A stretch of 64,000 nt of DNA. Source: a virus. Lineage: Duplodnaviria > Caudoviricetes. The stretch lies in IMG/VR virus record IMGVR_UViG_3300037808_002146, one strand, 5' to 3'. The translations under genes and the position numbers were made by a program. This document shows positions 1 through 9,439 of this stretch, one piece after another. Each line of letters begins with the position of its first letter. Position 1 is the stretch's first letter. The notes under the pieces are model-generated. The model had not been told where the DNA came from and did no database searches. It was given only the letters and a program-made list of their open reading frames with translations.

Positions 1-2901
1 TGCTACAGGGTTTTCATCTGTCTCCATTAACATGCTAGCAAAACCGTTTGTAGTACGATTGTAGCCAGCTGCAATGCCTGTAATCCCGATTACTTCCCCA
101 AATCGCGTTTCGAAAATTGGATCGCCTTGAGCATTATACCTTATTTGAGATTGCCTAGCCGATTTTCTGCCATATTCATGAAGCCTAGAATCATCATCGT
201 CAAACAAAATTTCAGCTTGATTATTTTCAGCTCCGTTAGTCAAAAAGTCTCCGATAACCAAAGACCATTTATCTCTAGTGGCTGCTGGATTACTTTGCAA
301 GAAAGATTTCACCGCAGCAGCGCGCTGGTGATTTGAATTTGATGAAGCTCCAGCTGCAGTAAGACGGCTAGCTACATCATTCAAAATTTCCCTATATTGA
401 TTTCGAGCTGAATCTATCAATCCGGGTAACGTGTTTACTCTTCGCTGCTGATCTTTTATGTTATCAAAAATTCCGTGTGTTGGACCGTCTCCCGAGTTAA
501 AACACTCAGATTTCATATCCTCAACTAAGAAGCTGTTAACCCTTGATTTTGTTTCAAGATCTATAGACGAAAAAGTATCGTTATCTCTCAGCGTAACCTG
601 GGCTGCATCAAAAAAATCTCTAATATTAGGGAAACGCCCGGTGATTTCATCTTGCAAGTTCTCTTTAAACTGGCTATAAAGAGCGTCTGCGATTCTAGGA
701 AATTTTTCCGTGTTAACACGATCTGGATTATCGGCATCAAACTGCATAAAATAGGGAGTTCTCATACTATTTCCTGATGTATCATAATCGGAAATTTGTA
801 ATAATATGCACCAGAATATGAATTCTTTCCGTTTGGCCGGAGAAACATACTGGACAAAAGTTGAATTAAGGAGACAAGATAATTCCTTAGAAACGCTATT
901 TTCAGAGCCGCCTGTAAATTTGTTGAATATTTTTCCAGTTATTTCGTCAGTATTTGGATTTATAACGTTGTTTGCGACTAAATCACCAGAGTATTCGCCA
1001 GTCAAATCAAACTCGGCCGTGCTAGCAAAAGTCCCCGAATTCGAAATTTTTATCTCGTAGGTAGCGAGTGAGGCGATGTCGGTGTGATCAATAACTGAAA
1101 CTTTCTCAAGTGCGGCGTTAGTAATAAATTGTCCAACGAGGCCGTGCGTTAGGTGAGCTACAACGTTTCTATGATCAAGCAACAGTAAAGCATTTTTAGC
1201 ATTGTAGTTAGATTCGCTGTTTATAGGACAAAGTTGCAGCTTTAAACTACTCATGAAGTTTTTTAATTGGTCCGGACCATAATCAAACGTGAATTTATTC
1301 ATCCTTGTAAGATCATCCACGGGGAATGCGGCGTTGGGGTTAGAAATTCTAAAATCAACCAAATTTAAAAGAGTAGACTTCTTAAAGTCCATGGAGTCTT
1401 TCAAAGATAAAAAGTGAATTACTTTTTCGTCTTTTTTTATAAGGTGATCAGAAGTTAGATAAGGCGATATTACGATAGAGTTTCTTTCATCTATCCTCAG
1501 TTTTCGACTCATTAGTTTTTCGATGTCGTCTTGGCTTGATTGATCTTGAAGATCAATAACTGACTTGCCTTCTTCGCTTTTTAAGCCTTTTAAATAAACT
1601 CGTTTTTGTGGATTGTTTTTTAAAAAATAAGAATTTAAAAACATCCTTCTAATTTTGTGTGCCTTAACGTACACATTACTGCCGTGGTAGATTTTAATTT
1701 CTTGAATATCACCTCGATATACATCAAAACTGCCGAGACGTTGGGCGTTGATGGCGGTGGTGTCGTCGTAGAGATCATCATCCGAGCGATATGAAAACTT
1801 TTCGTCTTTTAAAAAAGTGCCAATGTGTCTAGAAGACTCTATTACTGATTTTATATATCCCTGCTCTGTTTGAGGGAAATCTAAAGCAAAGTGGGTGAAG
1901 TCGCGTTGTTGCGACGCGAATGATTTGTAAGAAAAGCCCTTAGCGATTCCAAAATTTTTGTAGAATTCATTTTTAGCGCTGAATTCATCATTAAATTGTT
2001 TGAGGAGATCATCATCGCCCATCGGGCCGACGTTTTCTGCTAAGGAATCCCCCTTGTCATGTATGTTATTATAGGAAAGGTTGAGCGCGCCTTTTTCATG
2101 GAAAGGAGTGTGAGAAAAAACTGACTTAAGAAAATGTTCAGCTAAATAAATGTTTGCGTAACCCTGCTTCAAATTTGAGACAACAATCGAATTCTCTAAA
2201 CTTTTATATGATTGGCGTGTTGTGTCGTATATCATTCCCGGTCCAGGACCGGCTATTGAAATTGTCATTTGGTCGGGATTTATAAGACGGTGCATTGCAG
2301 AGATTGCGTCGGGGGTGGAAGTGGCGATTGAGCCGGCGTGCTCAGGGCCAATTGCCATATCGGCAAATAAGCAACCAGCAACCCATTCCCTCCACTCGCG
2401 TGCGTTTTCATTCCTGCACCAGATTCTCGCAGCACCGGATGACCGGTTTCTAGACTCTTCATCCGGGACAGCGTCGGGGTCTAAGCTCATGTTTAGGGTT
2501 GCGTAATCAAAGTCTGCAAGAATGTGCACTGGTTTTCTAATATTTTGAAGTTTAAGAAAATTAGATCCTTGATCCCCTTTTAGAAAATCAATCAAATTTG
2601 AATCTTCATAATTAGGGTTCCTATCAGAACCAGCAATCGAGTTGTTATGTGGGGCATCTAATAACGTAGTTCTGACTTCATCTCCAGACAAAATTGTACC
2701 AATGAAATTGCCTAGTGGAATGTTACTTAGTATTGCTGCTTCAATCGGGGCAAAAGTAAACTCCGTTATGTTTTGTGGGAAGCGGGTAAATGACCTAAAA
2801 GCGCTGGAGAATATACTAGAGCTTCGAGTTGATGCAGCTGCAGCTGTCAATGCGGAACTAGCATTTCCAGATAAGCTAGATAAACCTCTTATGATAGCCA
2901 T
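1..2901 (-). CDS. Large hypothetical protein (>967 aa), 3' end truncated by the window edge; absent from the ORF track
   Basis: ATG at 2901 directly follows the TAA of the upstream gene (TAAATG), with AGGAGG at 2910-2915. I read the frame to position 1 and found no stop. Begins MAIIRGLSSLSGNASSALTAAAASTRSSS. Confidence 0.9.
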   Translation of the reverse strand, partial: MAIIRGLSSLSGNASSALTAAAASTRSSSIFSSAFRSFTRFPQNITEFTFAPIEAAILSNIPLGNFIGTILSGDEVRTTLLDAPHNNSIAGSDRNPNYEDSNLIDFLKGDQGSNFLKLQNIRKPVHILADFDYATLNMSLDPDAVPDEESRNRSSGAARIWCRNENAREWREWVAGCLFADMAIGPEHAGSIATSTPDAISAMHRLINPDQMTISIAGPGPGMIYDTTRQSYKSLENSIVVSNLKQGYANIYLAEHFLKSVFSHTPFHEKGALNLSYNNIHDKGDSLAENVGPMGDDDLLKQFNDEFSAKNEFYKNFGIAKGFSYKSFASQQRDFTHFALDFPQTEQGYIKSVIESSRHIGTFLKDEKFSYRSDDDLYDDTTAINAQRLGSFDVYRGDIQEIKIYHGSNVYVKAHKIRRMFLNSYFLKNNPQKRVYLKGLKSEEGKSVIDLQDQSSQDDIEKLMSRKLRIDERNSIVISPYLTSDHLIKKDEKVIHFLSLKDSMDFKKSTLLNLVDFRISNPNAAFPVDDLTRMNKFTFDYGPDQLKNFMSSLKLQLCPINSESNYNAKNALLLLDHRNVVAHLTHGLVGQFITNAALEKVSVIDHTDIASLATYEIKISNSGTFASTAEFDLTGEYSGDLVANNVINPNTDEITGKIFNKFTGGSENSVSKELSCLLNSTFVQYVSPAKRKEFIFWCILLQISDYDTSGNSMRTPYFMQFDADNPDRVNTEKFPRIADALYSQFKENLQDEITGRFPNIRDFFDAAQVTLRDNDTFSSIDLETKSRVNSFLVEDMKSECFNSGDGPTHGIFDNIKDQQRRVNTLPGLIDSARNQYREILNDVASRLTAAGASSNSNHQRAAAVKSFLQSNPAATRDKWSLVIGDFLTNGAENNQAEILFDDDDSRLHEYGRKSARQSQIRYNAQGDPIFETRFGEVIGITGIAAGYNRTTNGFASMLMETDENPVA

Positions 2902-5613
2902 TTAATTAACCTCCTGGATATTTTTTTTGATATCTTTAATAACAACAGTAGTTGCTCCTAACATACTATCTACTTTATAATCGGAATATACTGTATATAC
3001 TTTGAACTTAACTTTTGAAGTTACCCCTAGAAAAGAAAAAGTTCTAATTTTATATTCATGGGAAAAATTAACGAAAGGATGACTAGTTACCGGGATTTCT
3101 AATCCATTTACCTCAGCGGTCACCACAAAAAAGTCAACATGCTTATTATCGCGCATGGGATGTACGACTTCTGGATTACATTTCCAAGAAACAATACACT
3201 CACCATCGTCTGGATAATATAGACTTTCTAAATTTGTTATCTTTGTTTTGTTGAGAAGGGTATCTCCAGGATTTTTGCCTACCTCAAATATGCCGCCATT
3301 ACATGTGACATTATTGAAGGCATCATTCGAATTAAACTTGGAATTCTTTTTGTATTCAGTTCGTCCCGTTTTTGGATTTAAAACGGCAACTGGTAAAGTC
3401 CCGGTAGAAATAGTAAAACTATTAAAATATGCTGCAGTTCTTCTAAGAAATATTTCTCTAGTTTTTTTGTTTTGAATTTTTTCAAGACCACTGTCTACGA
3501 TATCTAGCGGATTAGATATCATTAAGTTGTAGCTTACAATTTGGCCGGTATGCGAGAAATTTTCTATAGGTACTTTGAATTCTAATTTTTCTCGATTTTC
3601 TTCTAAGTTTAGAAATACTCTTTTGCCAAAATTGCCAGTAGATTTATAATAGTACTCTACTTGGAGTTGTAATATATCACCTATGTTTTTTAAATTTTCG
3701 CCTATCTTCTCTGCAAACAATTCTTCATAAAATTTAGCAGCCTCAGCATTAGTCCCTTGTTTAGAGGAAAATGCTCGCTTTAAACCATCCTGTATTTTTG
3801 CTGCAATGTTTTCTAATGATGTTTCAAGCGATACAGAGGCGTAAGCTCTATCTAATACACCATTATACCTTAGTTTGTAACCTTTCTTACACCTTGGCAA
3901 GGTTCTGTGAATTATAGATAATGGTTCTTCTATAGGCGTACCATCTATGTGGGCTAGATATATTTTATACTTGTATTTAGAATCGGCGACAGGATCTGTA
4001 TGCTCTATTTCTGGAACTTCAGAATTAAATACTGGAATCCTAAAGTTGGATCCAGTGCCTATTGGTTCACATACTACTTTATGAATTTTAACCTCTGGTG
4101 TCAATCCGATTATTTTTATAATATTCGTTGGGAAATTTTCTAAACCATTTCTAGAAATAGTAGTAACGTAAGTCTTTATATTACTCAGTTGTTGTTTAAA
4201 AACCGTTCTATTATAATGCCCCAAGATCTTGCATGGCTTTACAGTCGAATTTACCTTAATCTCGCCTGTCCTTTTATTAGTTATGATATCCCTTTTGAGT
4301 ATATTATCGCCAATAGCTGGCAAATCTATTGTTGTCATAAGATTTATTGCATTGGCTGCTTTTAAATCGTAAAACTTAAAGCCTGAATTGATATTTTTAT
4401 CATAGCTTACTACCCTGGTACTCGAGTAAACTCCAATATCCGAATTGTCGAATTGATTTTTTTCTATTGCGATATCATTGACTAAACAATCATCATCATT
4501 TCTATATTGCTGTGGCATGGAAATTGGATAGTTTCCTAAATCGTCGACTCGAGAAACTTTAGAGATATTTTTTTGATTTCTAAACGTATTGTTTGCTTTA
4601 ACTGTTTCAATAACTTCGCCAATAGAGTCTTTTCGGGTTAAGGCAATTGTAATATTCTCGATGACGTTTATATCAAAACCAAAGTAAACAAAACTAGCAG
4701 TAATTTTTTTCAAATTACTAAAACTGTTGACCAGGGAAACATCGCTTTCGTATGGCTTCAGATGTCCATTGTCATCTATCAAGCTCATCGCTTCTATCTC
4801 AGCGTCTCTTATAAATTCGGCAAACATCTCAATCTCTTCTTGAGATAATTTTGATATTTCACTTCGGCCGTCATTAGATTTTATAAAATTTGCTTTTAAA
4901 AAAGATTGCATTGGGTCTTTTTTTTGAGCGATTAAATGATGACAAGCTTTTTGAAAATTAGAGTAATTTGAATCATTTTCATGCCTATTTTTTGAAACTA
5001 TACTTGTTATTTTCTTGTAGTCACTAGAGAGTGGTACGTTTTGGACAACTTTATTTCCGTTCGCTTTTTCTATATCTTCGTAATAAGAATTGCTATATAA
5101 GTATGCAACATCATCGACTATATTGATTTCCGGAAATTTAGAAGATATTTTGGGAATTCTTACTTTAGATTTCGGATTTATACTATCTTTAGTGCTGAAG
5201 GCTGCTTTGAAAAAAGCATCTCTATTTTTACCTCCGTCTAAGTTTCCGCTTAATACATCAGTGTCTTCGGCATGTTTAATTACGCCAGAAATGTAACTCA
5301 CTACTTCCTGTTCTCTGGAATTTAGTCTTTCGTATAAATTTATTGATTTTATGCTTTTTTTGTTATCGCCACCTCCAGCGAAAATCTCTAAAGTATCATA
5401 TCCAAATGGCAAAGCAAAAACATTGTAGTATATAGTAAACTTTACTTCGACATCCTTTTGATTTGTTTTGCGATTTTCTTTTTCGCTGAGTATTCTAAAA
5501 AAATCGTCTTTTAAAACAATCATAGGACTATTAAAGATGCTCGGGAAGTTTGGAAGATCTCTAGGGCGACGAGGTTTAAGCCGAAACTTTTTTCTCATAT
5601 ATGGCAAAATCAT
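2902..5613 (-). CDS. Hypothetical 903-aa protein, probably virion-associated; beta-rich C-terminus
   Basis: Long ORF with SD GAGGGAG 6 nt upstream, coupled to both neighbours. No recognisable catalytic motif. Confidence 0.85.
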   Translation of the reverse strand: MILPYMRKKFRLKPRRPRDLPNFPSIFNSPMIVLKDDFFRILSEKENRKTNQKDVEVKFTIYYNVFALPFGYDTLEIFAGGGDNKKSIKSINLYERLNSREQEVVSYISGVIKHAEDTDVLSGNLDGGKNRDAFFKAAFSTKDSINPKSKVRIPKISSKFPEINIVDDVAYLYSNSYYEDIEKANGNKVVQNVPLSSDYKKITSIVSKNRHENDSNYSNFQKACHHLIAQKKDPMQSFLKANFIKSNDGRSEISKLSQEEIEMFAEFIRDAEIEAMSLIDDNGHLKPYESDVSLVNSFSNLKKITASFVYFGFDINVIENITIALTRKDSIGEVIETVKANNTFRNQKNISKVSRVDDLGNYPISMPQQYRNDDDCLVNDIAIEKNQFDNSDIGVYSSTRVVSYDKNINSGFKFYDLKAANAINLMTTIDLPAIGDNILKRDIITNKRTGEIKVNSTVKPCKILGHYNRTVFKQQLSNIKTYVTTISRNGLENFPTNIIKIIGLTPEVKIHKVVCEPIGTGSNFRIPVFNSEVPEIEHTDPVADSKYKYKIYLAHIDGTPIEEPLSIIHRTLPRCKKGYKLRYNGVLDRAYASVSLETSLENIAAKIQDGLKRAFSSKQGTNAEAAKFYEELFAEKIGENLKNIGDILQLQVEYYYKSTGNFGKRVFLNLEENREKLEFKVPIENFSHTGQIVSYNLMISNPLDIVDSGLEKIQNKKTREIFLRRTAAYFNSFTISTGTLPVAVLNPKTGRTEYKKNSKFNSNDAFNNVTCNGGIFEVGKNPGDTLLNKTKITNLESLYYPDDGECIVSWKCNPEVVHPMRDNKHVDFFVVTAEVNGLEIPVTSHPFVNFSHEYKIRTFSFLGVTSKVKFKVYTVYSDYKVDSMLGATTVVIKDIKKNIQEVN

Positions 5614-5614
5614 T

Positions 5615-8600
5615 TTAATCTCCCTCTATCAAACATTCTAGAGTAAATATAGGGAAAAAGTAAATTTTTGCCCCAGGAGTAGCGTCGCTAGCGTCATCGA
5701 TGATTTTGCCAAAAGCGAAGACATGACTTAGATTATTCTCTTTTTCACCAAAATTAGAGTTTAGCGGATCGTGCCTTATTTTACCACCAAATATTTGCTC
5801 TCTACTCGAGTTTCCGGTGATCTCCACGGAAGTTTCGTATGCGTAATTTAAGTTTATGCTAGTATTAATGACGCCCAAATCCAATATTGCCAACTTTTCA
5901 AAAGTTACTTTTCCGTCTTCTTTAGCAACCTCAAACATTTGAATAAAAGAAGCGTTAGATTCGCTGGTTGCTGTAAATTCAATTATTTCGCTAAAGCCAT
6001 CTAATTGCCATTCTATATCGTTGGTCAATACGGAATTCGTGTCTCTAGTCAAATAATTAATTAAACCAGCGTTGGAGTCATGCAAAGTTTCATCGGAACC
6101 TCCGATTCCTAGATTCCCCACCATACTTTCGATAGTTCTTTTGGGAATCAAAGATTTATACCAACTCTCCATTAAAGACGTATACCTTTCTAACGACGCA
6201 GCTGCATTGATTCGTGTTTCTTGAAGGAGCCCTTCGTTTATTTTCTCTACGTTTTGTTCAGTATTACGTGATCTTCTTCGAAGGAAGTCTGTCCAAGCCA
6301 TTACATCTTCAAGAGTATCTGGTTCCCCATCATGATTAAACGAAAAATAATCAGCAGCTATCGGGGGTAAGAAAAAATAGTTTGGTAATCGAGAACTCGA
6401 GTGAGTAAGCTCGTCACCGTCTAATTCATTGTCCATGATCTCATTGAGATGATAAACAGTAGCTGCTTTTTTCAAAAAATCGCCAGATGCAGGGCCTCTA
6501 GTTGAGCTAATTTGCACTGCCTCAGCAGATATATAATTATGAGGGCTTTGGCCATAAACAGCCTCTACTAAGGGAAAACCTTCAACTCGAGTTTTAAAAA
6601 ACCCAGTTTGTCCTAAAGGAATTTGGCTTTTTTCAGCATTATCTATGTTGTCTACCTTATACCTGCTAGCTTCCAAGAGGGAGCTAGGATCACCAGAATT
6701 CGTTTCTAAATCTAGATGCTGAAGTAGATTTAATTGTCTATAAGCTCTTAAGCTACCTGACATTGCTGACTTAGCCCTGTTGGCCGCAGTAGATACTGTC
6801 GATCTGCTTACACCTCTTTCGAGTTGCTGTTCTTTTACATAGGAATCGGAGAGAGCCGCGAAATATAAACACGCTTCGTCTCTGATTGGGTTATAATTTA
6901 TCCATTCACGGAGAGATTCTCTAGAATCAATTCTAGAACCACTTAACACTACAAACTCATTTTTACCCTCCGGGGGGCTATTATACCTAACATAATGGTC
7001 TATAATTAAGTTTACTTCATCGCTCCCATTGTCTGTAGTATTTCTCCCTGTCACATTGAATATATCGTTATCAGCAAAATTTGAAAACGTGTCATATTCT
7101 GTATTGAGAAGTTCGTTACCAAAAGCCGGAACAAGAAACCTAGGACGAGCGTAATTGCTTAATGGACTTGATGGAGATGGGAGTATAAAGTATTGGCACT
7201 CTTGAATATAACCTAACATTCTCCTAGATTCATTGGGTTGGGAATTAAGGGACGATAAACTAACTCCTAAAACTAAATCAGTCATATTGTTAATTCTATT
7301 GTTTCCAGTTATATTTAACCTGACTGATTTTCTCTTATCACCATCAACGACAGCATGCAAAAATGAAGTAGTGTCAACTGCTCCGAGTTTACTCCCATAA
7401 ACAACAGATATTCTATGCCATTTTTCCGGATCGATCTCGTTTGTTACTTCATGAGTAGTTATTCCATCGTCTATAGAGTTATACACTAAAACCCTCAAGA
7501 CTGGGCCGACTGTTATAACTTCTAACCTCTTTTTTCCACCTTGGAAAAACTGCATAATTGTTTGAGTTGGTACAGAGCCAGAAAAAGCTTCTTCTTTTAA
7601 GTTAAACCAAACTGAAACTTGATTTATGTACTTATCTAATATATCAATTACATTGCTATTTCCCCAATCAGTATCCCACCTCTCAGAGTTATAATGCTTC
7701 TCTTTTAAGTTGACTCTTATAAAGCTATTAGCTTTTGTTTTGTAAGATTTGTTTAAATCAGAAATTCTAGGCAGCGCAAATTCTTCAAAAATAGGAGTTG
7801 GGTCTATTACATTCTTGCTTGAAGCAGAGTCGTACGTCATATAGGCGGCGTTTGTTGCTAAAGGGCTGCTTGAAGATAAATTTTGCGCTATATTAGCACT
7901 TAAAAAATGTATACTATCAATATCAGCAATTTGCAAAGCTAAATCAGAATTATTTTCATTCTCAGCATCAGAATCATCCGCCGCAGCCTGATCTGCTCTT
8001 AGAGAAAAAGACGGAGAATAGATAACGCTTAAGTTAGGAGTATTACCAGTCGCAACTGCAGTTTGAACCGTGAATGCAATTCTTTTACCATTAGCTGCCT
8101 TAAAACCAACTGTATCTCCCACGCTAGCGTTAAAGTCTATATTACTATTAAAAGTTATAGTAGTTGTACTAGAAGTAAGAGCTCCACCTGTTAGCCCATT
8201 TGTAGAAACAACTGTTCTGCTGGTTCCTGTAGTTCTTTCAAAATTTAAAAAAGATGGATTATTGAATTCGCTTAATTGATTTGCTGATTCATCAAATATC
8301 CACCAGCCCCTAAACCCGTTCGTTTTGTTATTATAAAAAAGTTCTTGTGATTTGCTCCCGCTTATGTGAAAAGAGCTTCTTAAATCATAATCGATTATTT
8401 TTTTATCAATGCCACTTCCGGTAACTACTTGAATTTGCCGGCCGTCGGGCGGTACTAGTAACTCTCTGCCAAACATAGCAGATTCTGTCATAGGGCCATC
8501 ATCGTCATCACCTTCGGCGAGAAAAGACGGTTGGGCTTCTGGATTTCTTAGTTCCATCATATTGATGATACTTGGGTTTTCTGTAACTATTTTATCTTGC

Positions 8601-8797
8601 GGACGAGACATAGCTTCAAAAAACAAAGCTCCATCTTTCGAGTCAATAACACCAAGTTCTTTTTGGTCGTAACCAGTTAAACTGTCTGAAAATGATATGA
8701 AACGAGTGCGGATCTCTCCGCTAGCGAGTTGGCGACGCCCTTCTTTAGTCAGAAAAGTATCGAAGAATCGTGTTTTTGGATCTAAAATTGCAGCCAT
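5615..8797 (-). CDS. 1060-aa putative virion structural protein with a central LamG/ConA-like domain
   Basis: N-terminal LDPKTRFFDTFLTKEGRRQLASG motif resembles large-phage structural proteins. LamG-like pattern SVWFN...WHRISVVYG...VVDG...YIQECQYF at ~7190-7720. Confidence 0.7.
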   Translation of the reverse strand: MAAILDPKTRFFDTFLTKEGRRQLASGEIRTRFISFSDSLTGYDQKELGVIDSKDGALFFEAMSRPQDKIVTENPSIINMMELRNPEAQPSFLAEGDDDDGPMTESAMFGRELLVPPDGRQIQVVTGSGIDKKIIDYDLRSSFHISGSKSQELFYNNKTNGFRGWWIFDESANQLSEFNNPSFLNFERTTGTSRTVVSTNGLTGGALTSSTTTITFNSNIDFNASVGDTVGFKAANGKRIAFTVQTAVATGNTPNLSVIYSPSFSLRADQAAADDSDAENENNSDLALQIADIDSIHFLSANIAQNLSSSSPLATNAAYMTYDSASSKNVIDPTPIFEEFALPRISDLNKSYKTKANSFIRVNLKEKHYNSERWDTDWGNSNVIDILDKYINQVSVWFNLKEEAFSGSVPTQTIMQFFQGGKKRLEVITVGPVLRVLVYNSIDDGITTHEVTNEIDPEKWHRISVVYGSKLGAVDTTSFLHAVVDGDKRKSVRLNITGNNRINNMTDLVLGVSLSSLNSQPNESRRMLGYIQECQYFILPSPSSPLSNYARPRFLVPAFGNELLNTEYDTFSNFADNDIFNVTGRNTTDNGSDEVNLIIDHYVRYNSPPEGKNEFVVLSGSRIDSRESLREWINYNPIRDEACLYFAALSDSYVKEQQLERGVSRSTVSTAANRAKSAMSGSLRAYRQLNLLQHLDLETNSGDPSSLLEASRYKVDNIDNAEKSQIPLGQTGFFKTRVEGFPLVEAVYGQSPHNYISAEAVQISSTRGPASGDFLKKAATVYHLNEIMDNELDGDELTHSSSRLPNYFFLPPIAADYFSFNHDGEPDTLEDVMAWTDFLRRRSRNTEQNVEKINEGLLQETRINAAASLERYTSLMESWYKSLIPKRTIESMVGNLGIGGSDETLHDSNAGLINYLTRDTNSVLTNDIEWQLDGFSEIIEFTATSESNASFIQMFEVAKEDGKVTFEKLAILDLGVINTSINLNYAYETSVEITGNSSREQIFGGKIRHDPLNSNFGEKENNLSHVFAFGKIIDDASDATPGAKIYFFPIFTLECLIEGD

Positions 8798-8802
8798 ACA
8801 CT

Positions 8803-8809
8803 TAATTAT
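8803..8809 (-). promoter_or_regulatory. Candidate late-promoter motif ATAATTA
   Basis: ATA-N-TTA instance 5 nt upstream of the ATG at 8797; the motif recurs in most intergenic gaps. Confidence 0.45.
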
Positions 8810-8862
8810 ACCCCTTCAGAATTCTATAAGCATAATTGATGATAGTATATTTTAAAATTTTA

Positions 8863-9318
8863 TCAATTTTCTTCATTTCTAATTGATTTTAACTTTTCGG
8901 GTCGTTCACCAATTCTTCTAACTTGCTGCGATTTATTATTTTCGTTGTCAAAATTAAAATCGTTTTCGTTGTGTTGGGATACTTCGTTTTCAGTCTTGAT
9001 AATTTCTTCTATTTCGATAAATTTGGTATAGTAATCCTTCAAGGAATTTACCCTACTTTTTTGTTCTCGTCGAGAAATATTTACTTCGTTAATAGCAGCA
9101 TCGAGTATGCTTGCTGAACTTCTGAGGAGAGAAATAGTATTAGTTAGAAGAACCTGAGTATCTGTTATTTGAGCTATTTCATTCATTTTTTCCTGCATCT
9201 TAGAAGTATATATAAGCGAAACTCTCTTTCCATTGATGTCAGATGCTAGCATTTCATCATTTTTTTTCATTTCTTCTTTAAGCTGATTTTCTAGTGTTAC
9301 CTTAAATCTTGAATCCAT
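8863..9318 (-). CDS. Hypothetical 151-aa coiled-coil protein
   Basis: Charged helical ORF with GGGGGA SD-like sequence; lies just downstream of the terminator. Confidence 0.8.
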   Translation of the reverse strand: MDSRFKVTLENQLKEEMKKNDEMLASDINGKRVSLIYTSKMQEKMNEIAQITDTQVLLTNTISLLRSSASILDAAINEVNISRREQKSRVNSLKDYYTKFIEIEEIIKTENEVSQHNENDFNFDNENNKSQQVRRIGERPEKLKSIRNEEN

Positions 9319-9374
9319 ATCTCAATCCCCCAAACATGCTTGATCATTTTAAAGCTTTTTTTCTTCCAGTTAAT

Positions 9375-9404
9375 AAAAAAAAAGGGAGGCCGAAGCCTCC
9401 CCTT
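9375..9404 (-). terminator. Rho-independent terminator with a cUUCGg tetraloop
   Basis: Minus strand reads GGGAGGC-TTCG-GCCTCCC followed by T9, about 35 nt after the stop of the 1187-aa gene. Confidence 0.93.
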
Positions 9405-9439
9405 AAAATTATGACTCATCCTAAGTCAAAGATTTTTAA

